NCBI GenBank assembly: GCA_024696155.1
Contig: JAILHD010000035.1
Coordinates: forward strand, 20,420-84,419
Direction of reading: 5' to 3'
From: Treponema sp.
GTDB lineage: Bacteria; Spirochaetota; Spirochaetia; Treponematales; Treponemataceae
DNA length: 64,000 bases
Shown here: piece after piece, positions 19,306 through 29,900 of the stretch
How positions within the stretch are numbered: position 1 is the first letter of the stretch
Layout: each line of letters opens with the position of its first letter
Translations under genes and position numbers: made by a program
The notes under the pieces: generated by a model
Database searches by the model: none
What the model was told of the DNA's origin: nothing
What the model saw: only the letters and a program-made list of their open reading frames with translations

Positions 19306-19941
19306 ATGAAAAAGAGATTCTTAATCATTCTACTTGCGTGCCTAACCTTTTCATTAAATGCAGCTTCAAAAGTAAAAACGATAGAAGTGCCGGAAAGCTT
19401 TGACAGTGCATTTAAAAAGATTGCGCAGCACGAAAAAAACAAAGATTATTACTACAGCTTTACTGCAGTAAACTTTGGAGATGCAACTTGCGAAGTAAAA
19501 ATCTACGACAAAGAATATATGACTGTTTTTCAGCCAGAAACTAAAGCAAAGCACTATTTCTACTACAAATTCATTGGCGATTATATTAATATAAATCTTA
19601 ATACAAAACGGTCAGGAATTTTTGGTTATGCTGCAAACCTTTTAACCAACGAAGTATTTGAAATTGTTTTTTGTAATAATTTTCACGGCGGATATAAATT
19701 CAAAAATATAAATGATGATATTCTGCATGATGTAAACTACAAAAACGGTTTTGTAACATGGAATAAGTACCCGGAACGTAAGTGTCCAGAAGAACTTTAT
19801 TTTCTTGACTTCTTTGAGAGGAAAGATAAGAAGTTAAATGATAACCATGATGATTTTGGAAACTACAAAGATTTAGCAGGTATAATTTACTGGTCTAAAA
19901 CACCAGTAGCATATAAAACAATTTTTAAAAAGGAAGAATAA
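19306..19941 (+). CDS. Hypothetical secreted protein
   Basis: Signal peptide MKKRFLIILLACLTFSLNA; GAGG RBS. Confidence 0.75.
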   Translation: MKKRFLIILLACLTFSLNAASKVKTIEVPESFDSAFKKIAQHEKNKDYYYSFTAVNFGDATCEVKIYDKEYMTVFQPETKAKHYFYYKFIGDYININLNTKRSGIFGYAANLLTNEVFEIVFCNNFHGGYKFKNINDDILHDVNYKNGFVTWNKYPERKCPEELYFLDFFERKDKKLNDNHDDFGNYKDLAGIIYWSKTPVAYKTIFKKEE

Positions 19942-19944
19942 AAA

Positions 19945-20886
19945 ATGAAAAAAACACTACTCGCTTTTACAACAATTGTCGCATTATTATTTGCAAGCTG
20001 TTCAAATTCAGCAGGTTCATCGAATGATGATCCTGCTGAAGAAACCGGAAATAATACAAATATCGGACTTTCAAGCGACAATTCAAACGATACTCCAAAG
20101 ATTACTGACGATAACTCAAATGAAAAAACGTTACTTTATACTTTAAGTTTTGATGCAAACTATCCTTTTGCCACAGGTGTTAGAAAAGATGAAAACAATA
20201 ATTATGTTTATAATTCCACCTTCTTAGATTCTGATGGTAAAGAATATTATTACATGGAAGGTGGCACAGTCGCAGATGACTGTGATGAACAGGCTTCTAT
20301 AACATCAGAAAATTGCATAGTTCTTGAAGCTTCTCCTTTTACTTATTCAAAGTGGTGTTATTTTAATTCAAAACACAAAACTTCAGTATTTGTTGCAGGG
20401 TATAAGTTCAGTCATTATAACACAAATCCAGATGATACTGGCACTTCTTATTATGAAGGTGATACAATTACTCTTACACAAGATACGACACTCTATTGTT
20501 TTTATACTTTTTGGTATGATACAAAAGATGATTCCAATGAGCCATCCAATAATACAAAAAGTCTTACAAATAAAATTACAGGTATTTGGACAATTACAGA
20601 CAGCAGTTACAGCGGTGTACTTACATTAAAACCCGATAATACTGGACACCTAATTTCTTATTTAGGTAACACAATTACCCATGATTTTGATTTTTTTTGG
20701 TCTGTAGCTTATGAAGAAAGCGATTCAAATACACGACTCCTATTATATTTTGGTAAAACAACCCCACACGATAATAATGAAGGATACCATCATATCAGAA
20801 TGAATTATGATTATACATCCATGACATTTAATGAGTATTTAAGTTTTGGTATGCCTTATACAACAACTTGGTATAAACACCACTAA
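19945..20886 (+). CDS. Lipoprotein with an InlB-B/Flg_new-like repeat
   Basis: Lipobox FASC; YTLSFDAN...GYKFSHYNTNPDDTGTSY..GDTITL..DTTLY pattern. Confidence 0.7.
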   Translation: MKKTLLAFTTIVALLFASCSNSAGSSNDDPAEETGNNTNIGLSSDNSNDTPKITDDNSNEKTLLYTLSFDANYPFATGVRKDENNNYVYNSTFLDSDGKEYYYMEGGTVADDCDEQASITSENCIVLEASPFTYSKWCYFNSKHKTSVFVAGYKFSHYNTNPDDTGTSYYEGDTITLTQDTTLYCFYTFWYDTKDDSNEPSNNTKSLTNKITGIWTITDSSYSGVLTLKPDNTGHLISYLGNTITHDFDFFWSVAYEESDSNTRLLLYFGKTTPHDNNEGYHHIRMNYDYTSMTFNEYLSFGMPYTTTWYKHH

Positions 20887-20901
20887 AAACAACAATTTTA
20901 A

Positions 20902-20933
20902 AAGAGAGCTGATCTTTTACGACCAGCTCTCTT
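20902..20933. terminator. Terminator hairpin between convergent genes
   Basis: AAGAGAGCTG...CAGCTCTCTT stem between the two stop codons. Confidence 0.7.
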
Positions 20934-20945
20934 AAACTAGACCTT

Positions 20946-23900
20946 TTATGGTCTATAATCTTTCGGACAGTTTCTTAATTCTAAAAATACTTTTCCAATA
21001 CATTCCTTTACTTCTTCTCCATTATGTTTATAAACCAATGTTAAATAACCAACTTCGCTAGAACCAGAACGTAATGAAGTATCTCTGGAATTTATATCCT
21101 TATCAAATTGTACGTGTTCTTTCCAAATATAAGGTTCAACATAAAGAAGAAGAGGGTCATCTCCTAAAGCACTTCCATAGTAACCATTTTTATAAGTACC
21201 GAAATTACCTTCTACAATATCATCATAGGTAATTTTATAATTCGTTCTGTATGTTCCATTAAATGATGCTTCAGGTGTGCCAGGACAGTATAACCATGCA
21301 TAATTTTTAAATTCGCGTTCTGACATCTGGACACCTCTCATAGACGTATCTTCTACAAGGTCAATTACCCAATGTTCCACCTTATCTCTATTTTCCGGAG
21401 CTTGTTGTTTTCCATCTTTACCTTCATACCACAAGAATTGATACCAATCACCAGGTCCTGTCAACTGAAAAAACAATTTGTCTATATCTTGATACCCTTT
21501 TCTCCCCCAAGTTTCCGGTCTATTTTCTGTCTGTAAATACCAAGAACCGTTTTTCCAATTCAAATTCTTATTTGCAGGCACAAATAATTTTTTTATTTCA
21601 TACACTTTTTCTATAACATCTTGAGTATGAACTAATGTAAACATTTGAGTTTTATCTTCAGAACTTCCTTTAATTAAGTTTTTTTCTATCGGAATATCAC
21701 CTACTATCGATGAGAACACAATTTTATCAAACTCAAAGTCTGCATTCTTTTCCAAGAAAGTAACTTTGAAATACATATTTTCTCCATCACCAATTACAAA
21801 TATATTTTCATCATCAACATTTGATATTCTAGACCATTTTCCATTAGCATTCACAAATTCAACTTTCGGAGTTAAATGATTTTTATATTTGAACTTTGCT
21901 GTAATTTCTTTTTCTTCAAATGTTACATTCTTAAATGCAGGGTCTTTGCCTAGAATTTTGATTTTAATTCCATCTTTAGGAGTTTCTTTTACAGGTTTAA
22001 TAATTATTCTGCCAGTTCCCTTATCAGTTTCAACAATATCATAATCAAAGTATTCCCCACTTTCAGAATTATCAATTGTAATTAAGGCATCAGTAGGTTC
22101 AACAGTATAATTAAAAGTTTTTGTTTCATCTGGTGTTATTGTAAATGATGTAGAACCATTCAATTTAAGCTTATAATCAAAAGCGACTTCAACTGTTATA
22201 GTTGCTTTAGCCCCTCCGTCAGTTACGCAAGTTAGAACACCCTTACCTGTCAAACCTTCATCATTACCAATAATATCTACTGTACCAAAACCATTTTCAT
22301 CACAGCCATTATCAGCAAAAGTGAAATAATCTTTATCCTGAGCCATAGACCAGTTCAAAATAGCATCTGGTGGACTTACAGTGTATTTACAAGTTACAGT
22401 TCTTTTTGGAGCAATTGTTTTTTTAGTGGATTCAAAAGTAAGTTTTTTTCCAGCTTCAACCACAACATTACATCTTGCAATAGAACCATTATCTGTAAGT
22501 TGTGCTGTTACAGTTGCAGTCCCAACATTTATAGGATAAATAGTTACATTCTGACCTTCACCCATAATACGACAAACTTCATTTCCATTAGAACCTACAC
22601 AAGCCCATTGTATCTTATTATAGTCCGCTGAGCTTTCTTTGTTCTCAATATTTGCTTTTAATGGGGAACCACTTGACCCCTTCATTATTGTAATATATGA
22701 CTTATCTAAAGTTATAACTTTTTCCCCTTTACCCGGAACAACAACATAGAACTGTAATGTACTTGCTGCCTTTTTATGGCTACAGGTAATAACAGCTTCT
22801 CCCGCTTTTAATGCTGTAATATATATACTCTGTCCTTTTACAGTTCCGTCAGAACCGATACCAGCAACCTGCACAATATCACTATCACTTGTTGTCCAGC
22901 TTAGTTCATACTGGTCACTTGCTATTACTCCAGTTCCTGTTAATGAAGCATATAATGACTGAGATTTACCTTTATTTACTGTTGTAATTGTGTTTGCAGA
23001 AGTAATATAAACAGCATTTACAGGTTTTTCTTGTACATAAAGCATCATTTCAGCTTTAGATTGAACAACTCCTGTACTGGATGCAACAAGTTTAGCTGTT
23101 ACTGTTGTTGTACCAGCACCCACTGCTGTAATCTGAGCAGTCGATTTAGTTCCTTTGACAGAACATATTCGTGCATTTTCCACAGAATACTCAATATGTG
23201 TTGTAACATTTGAACTAGGAACTTGCATTGAAATAAATCTTACATCCCCTTGTGTTACAGTCATACTTTCACTTGGGAATGCGAATGTTGAATATTGCTG
23301 CACATTAACAATAATCTGCTGAGAATAAGCGGCTTTTGGATGTTTTACAGTAATAGTTGCAGTACCAACCTGTTTTGGTGTAATCGTACAAACGTTTGCA
23401 GAATACTGTAAATCAATAATATCATATACATCTAGCGACCATGAGAAATTGTACTTATCCAATGTTGAACCATTAATGAGAGTTGCCGTTATAATCTGGC
23501 TTGCATCTGTTGGCTTCATTGTAATAATTGAACTTGGTACATTTATGTAACAGTCTGTTTTCTTTTCTTCATCACAAACTACAAGAATCTGAGCTGAATA
23601 ATTTGCTTTTGGATGGCTTACTGTAATGTAAGTTGTTCCTGCAGAAACAGCCTTTACTTTTCCAACTTCATTCTGTCCGTAAACAACAGCAATTTTTGAA
23701 TCATTCGAACTCCAAATAAAACCGCTTTTATCGCTGTCTGTTCCGCCAACAAGTTCAGCAGAAATTGATGTATAAGTATTACCACAAGTAAGTGTCATAA
23801 CACTAGAAGTGAGCTGGATATAAGGATTTGCTGCAGCTGCAATTGGGTCAATAACTTGTGCAATAATCTTTAAAGAATATTTACAAGCTTTGTTTGTAAC

Positions 23901-26900
23901 TGTAATGATTGCAGTTCCAGTCTTATTTCCTTTTAAAACAGCACTCGTTCCACTTGAAATTACATCACATATACTAGGATTACTTGAAGTCCATGTATAT
24001 CCGTCAACAATGATGCTTTCTGAGTTTTTAACACTTACACTTACAGATTTTGTATTACCCTCACCTATTGCTACAACATTATTTGATGTAGTCATATAAG
24101 TAAATCCTGCAAGTTCTTCTGAACTATTACCAACAACCACAAGAACTTTTTTACTAATTTCTGATTTTTTGTGAGTAATAGTTATTTCAGCCTGTCCACT
24201 TCCAACTGGCTTAATATAAGCAACACCATTAGAAGATTTTGCATAAATCTTTGCTACAGATGAATTATCAATTGTAAAATCAAAACCATCTGAATCTACT
24301 CCTGTAAAATTAACAAGGGTAGCTTGTAGTTTCTGTGTTTCTTCATCTTTGAGCATTGAAATTACATCAGGAGCTGCAATATAAACAACAGATTCCACAG
24401 CAGGAATAATATCTTCTGTATCTACGAAAACGTAGAAAGTAATAGAATTCAAGCTGCCCGGATAAGAAGCTGTAATCGTTGTTTTACCTTTTTTTACAGA
24501 ATAAACAGTTGCAGATGTGCCATTTGCAACAACTCTTGCGATAGATTCATCTGCAGACTTCCAGCTTACATTTGAATAATTATATTCATTCAAATTATGA
24601 GTTTTTACACTTACAACAGTCGATTTATTAATACGATCAAATGCAATCGTATTATTGCTAGTTGTAAGATAAACCTTTTCTTTAAGTGTGCTGTTATTTT
24701 CCTGCGTTGTAGCTCCAACAACCACAAGAACAGATTTAGACACCTTAGAAGCTGTGTGAGTAATTTCAACCTCTGTATATCCTTTACTTACAGCTGCGAT
24801 GTATGCCACGCCATTCTTTGACTGACTGGAAATCTTAGCGACAGATTCGTTCTTACATTTGAACGAGAATCCAGAAGTATCAGCGCCAGTAAAGTTTACA
24901 AGCTTTGCTTTAAGCTGCTGTGCAGAAGTTCCTGTCTGCAGAGAAAGTACATCTGGAGCAGAAATGTAAACTACACCCTCTTTTTCCGGCACTGTTACAC
25001 TACTTCCTGTACCGCCACCAGAACCATTATTAGGGTCGTTTATATTAATTCCAGAGCCACTTCCCGAAGAATTATTATCATCATCAACAGGGATAATATC
25101 TTTTGTGTTTACGAAAACGTAGAAAGTAATAGAATTCAAGCTGCCCGGATAAGAAACTGTAATTGAGGTCTTTCCTTTCTTTATAGAATATACTGATGCA
25201 GATGTGCCATTTGCCATAACTCTTGCGATAGATTCATCTGTAGACTTCCAGTTTATTTTATAAGCGTCAGAAGAACTTAGATTGTGTGCATTTACAGTTA
25301 CTACGGTTGATTTATTTGCACGGTCAAAAATAATCGTATTATTACTTGTTGTAAAATAAACACTCTCTTTTAAGATTGCATCAATTTCCTGCTGGGTATA
25401 TCCAACAAAAACAAGTACAGATTTAGATACCTTTGCTGCCGTGTGAGTAATATCAATTTCTGTATAACCTTTAGTTACTGCAGAAATGTATGCCACGCCA
25501 TTTGTAGACTGGCTGGAAATCTTAGCGACAGATTCGTTCTTACATTTGAACGAGAATCCAGAAGTATCAGCGCCAGTAAAGTTTACAAGCTTTGCTTTAA
25601 GCTGCTGTGCAGATTCACCAAGCTGCAAAGAAAATACATCTGGAGCAGAAATGTAAACAACACCTTCTTTTTCCGGCACTGTAATATTGCTGTCAGAACC
25701 GTTACCAGAGCCATTATTTCCTCCAGAACCACTACCAGAGCCATTGTTTCCAGAGCCGCTACCCGAAGAATTATTATTATCTGTTACAGGGATAATATCT
25801 TCTGTATCTACGAAAACATAGAAGGTGATGGAATTCAAGCTACCCGGATAAGTAGCTGTAATTGAAGTTTTACCTTTTTTTTGCGAATAAATAGTTGCTG
25901 ATGTACCATTTGCCATAACTTTAGCAATAGATTCATCTGCAGACTTCCAAGATATTTTTGAATAATAATATTCTTCAAGATTATGAGGTTTTATATTTAC
26001 GACTGTAGATTTATTAACTCTATCAAAGAAAACAGTATTATTACTTGTTGAAAGATAAATCTTTTCTTTTAAGGTCGCATTACTTTCCTGAATTGAAGAA
26101 CTTACAACAACAAGAACAGATTTAGATACCTTAGAAGCTGTGTGAGTAATTTCAACTTCTGCATATCCTTTACTTACAGCGGCGATGTATGCCACGCCAT
26201 TCTTTGACTGAGAATCAATTTTAGCAACAGATTCATTCTTACACTTGAACGAGAATCCAGAAGTATCAGCAACTGTAAAGTTTACAAGCTTTGCTTTGAG
26301 CTGCTGTGCAGAAGCTCCTGTCTGCAGAGAAAGTACATCTGGAGCAGAAATGTAAACAACACCTTCTTTTTCCGGCACTGTAATATTGCTGTCAGAACCG
26401 CTACCAGAGCCATTGTTTCCAGAGCCGCTACCCGAAGAATTATTATTATCTGTTACAGGGATAATATCTTCTGTATCTACGAAAACGTAAAAAGTAATGG
26501 AGTTCAAACTGCCCGGATAAGTAGCTGTAATTGTTGTTTTACCTTTCTTTACTGAATAAACAGTTGCAGATGTGCCATTCGAGATAACTCTTGCAATCGA
26601 TTCATCTGCAGACTTCCAGTTTATCTTATAGTTATCAGAAAAACTTAGATTATGAGCTTTTACACTGACAACAGTTGATTTGCCTACACTGTCAAAAACA
26701 ATCGTATTGTTACTTGTTGTGAGATATACTTTTTCATTCAGAATTACTTCAATTTCCTGCTGTGTATAACCAACAACAACAAGAACAGATTTAGATACCT
26801 TAGAAGCTGTGTGAGTAATTTCAACTTCTGTATAACCTTTACTTACAGGAGAAATATAGGCTACACCGTTTTTCGACTGGCTTTCAACTCTAGCAATAGA

Positions 26901-29900
26901 TTCGTTTTTACTCTTGAAAGAGAATCCAGAACTGTCAGCTCCAGTAAAGTTTACAAGTTTTGCTTTGAGCTGCTGAGCAAAGCCTCCTGTCTGCAAAGAA
27001 AGAACGTCTGGAGCAGAAATGTAAACGACACCTTCTTTTTCTGGAACAGTTATGTTGCTTCCAGAACCGCCAGCATTACCTCCGCCATTACCAGAACCAC
27101 TGCCAGTTCCGGAATCACCAGATGAACTATTATTATCATCATTTACAGGAATAACATCTTCAGTATCAACAAAAACATAGAAAGTGATAGAATTCAGACT
27201 TCCCGGACAAGAAGCTGTGATTGTTGTCTTACCTTTTTTAAGCGAATAGATTGAAGCCGAACTTCCATTTGGCATAACTTTTGCGATAGATTCATCAGCT
27301 GATTTCCAAGTAATTTTTGAATAATTATATTCTTCAAGATTGTGAGTTTTTACGCTTACAACAGTTGATTTATTTACTTTATCGAAAGCAACGGTATTAT
27401 TACTTGTTGTAAGATAAATCTTTTCTCTTAAAGTATTATTACTTTCCTGAATTGTATTCCCGACAACAACAAGAACAGTTTTAGACACTTTAGAAGCTGT
27501 ATGAGAAATTTCGATTTCAGTATAGCCTTTACTTACAGGAGAAATATAGGCTACACCGTTTTTCGACTGGCTTTCAACTTTAGCAATAGATTCATTTTTA
27601 CTCTTGAAAGAGAATCCAGAGCTGTCAGCTCCAGTAAAGTTTACAAGTTTTGCTTTGAGCTGCTGAGCAGAATCTCCAGTCTGCAAAGAAAGAACATCTG
27701 TTGCAGAAATATAAACTACACTCTCTTTTTCTGGAACAGTTATATTGCTTCCAGAACCGCCAGCATTACCTCCGCCATTACCAGAACCACTGCCAGTTCC
27801 GGAATCACCAGATGAACTATTATTATCATCATTTACAGGGATAATATCTTCAGTATCAACAAAAACATAGAAAGTGATAGAATTCAGACTTCCCGGATAA
27901 GAAGCTGTGATTGTTGTCTTACCTTTTTTAACTGAGTAAATGGATGCCGATATACCATTTCCCATAACTTTAGCAACTGATTCATCAGCAGATTTCCAAT
28001 CTATTTTGTAATACTTAGAAGAATCCAGATTATTTGCCTTTATATTTACAACTGAAAGTTTATTAACACGGTCAAAAGTAACTGTATTTTTAGTTGATGT
28101 AAGATAAACATTTTCATTCAATATAGAATCAATTTCCTGAATTGTATAACCGACTACAACAAGTACAGACTTAGATACTTTACAAGCAGGATGAGTAATT
28201 TCGATTTCTGTATAGCCTTTGTTTACAGGTGAAATATATGCAATCCCGTTTTTTGTCTGGCTAGAAACTTTAGCAATAGATTCATTTTTACTCTTAAATG
28301 CAAATCCAGAAGAATCAACCCCTGTATAATTAACAAGCGTTGCTTGTATTTTCTGAGAAGAATCATCTTGCAGTATAGAAATAACATCTGGAGCAGAGAT
28401 GTATACAACACCAGATTTTTCTGCGAGTACATCTTCTGCATTTACGAAAACATAGAAAGTAATAGAGTTTAAACTTCCCGGATAAGAAGCTGTAATTGTT
28501 GTTTTACCCTTTTTAAGTGAATAAACAGTCGCTTTCGTACCATTTGAAAAAACTCTTGCAACTGATTCATCAGCCGAGTTCCAGCTTATTTTTGAATACT
28601 CTGAAGTTTTTAAGTTGTATGGTTTTATGTCTATCGTTGTAGACATATTAACATTGTCAAAATTAATCGTATTGTCAGTTGTTGTAAAATAAACTTTTTC
28701 ATTTAAAATATTATCTATCTCCTGCTGAGTATATCCAACTACAACCAATACGCTTTTATTCAATTTTGAAGCTGCATGAGAAATTTCTATTTCAGTATAA
28801 CCTTTACTCACAGCAGAGATGAAAGCTACACCATTTTTCGACTGGCTCGAAATCTTTGCAACAGATTCATTATTAGACTTAAATGTAAATCCAGAGTTTG
28901 ACTGTGCATTCCAGTTCATAATGGCAGCGGAAATTTTTTTGTCTTCTGCACCCACAATTAAAGTAACAACATCATCAGATTTAATATAAGCACCAGATGT
29001 TGAAGCTTTTGAACCATCCACAAATTCCGAACCAACCCTAACATAAATCTTAAGTGTATTCTGAGAATCTGGATGAGAAACTTTTATAACTGTTTCACCT
29101 TCTGAAACAGCAACAATAGTTGCAGATGTTCCATTTGATATTATTTTCGCTACGCCTTCATTTCCACTAACCCAAGCGATATTTGAATATTCGGAAGATG
29201 GAAGATTTATGGCAGAAACAGAAACATTTGACGATTTTTTTTCTTTTAAATTTATTACATTTTGAGTTGTCGTTAAATAAACTTCTGGTTCAGCTTTTAC
29301 AGTTCCTCTTGGATAAACTGTCATTGTAAATTCACAAGAGTATTCAGTACCATCAACAGAAATACTTCCTATAAGTTTTGTTTTTCCACTCTTTAATCCT
29401 TTTACAACACAATTAAGAGGATAAGATGTATTATTTACAGTTACATTTATTATAGAAGGGTCTGCTACAGTCCATTTAAATTGTGAAAAATCAAATTTTG
29501 TATATGTGGTTATTTCTTCTCCAGCTTCATTTGTTGTTTTGCTTTCAGTATCAAACCCAACATGATTACAAGTAACAAAGATTTCATCATCAACATTAAA
29601 ATTGTAATAAAGCTTATCAGCATATAATGCTTTCATATTATTTAATGTTTCTTCATCATCAGCAGTCATTACAAGAACAGTTTTGTCAGAATCTGCTTTC
29701 TTATGTTTTGCTGTAATATGGCTAATTGTACATCCAGTTCCATAAGCTGGAGCATTTACAGTTGCAATATTTCCATTACCTATAACAGAAAGTCTACTAT
29801 CATCAACACTCCATTTGATACTAGAATCATCAGACAGGCTCTTACTGGTTCCACGAAGTTGAACTGTATATTCTTTACTCTGACCGTTAAGAATTTTAAG

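Noticed and set aside
20946-22000. Adhesin C-terminus as a DGR or shufflon target
   Set aside because: No reverse transcriptase, template repeat, invertase or alternative C-terminal cassettes are visible in the window.
25443-27815. Repeated plus-strand ORFs (25443, 26811, 27501)
   Set aside because: They are antisense shadows of the adhesin tandem repeats.
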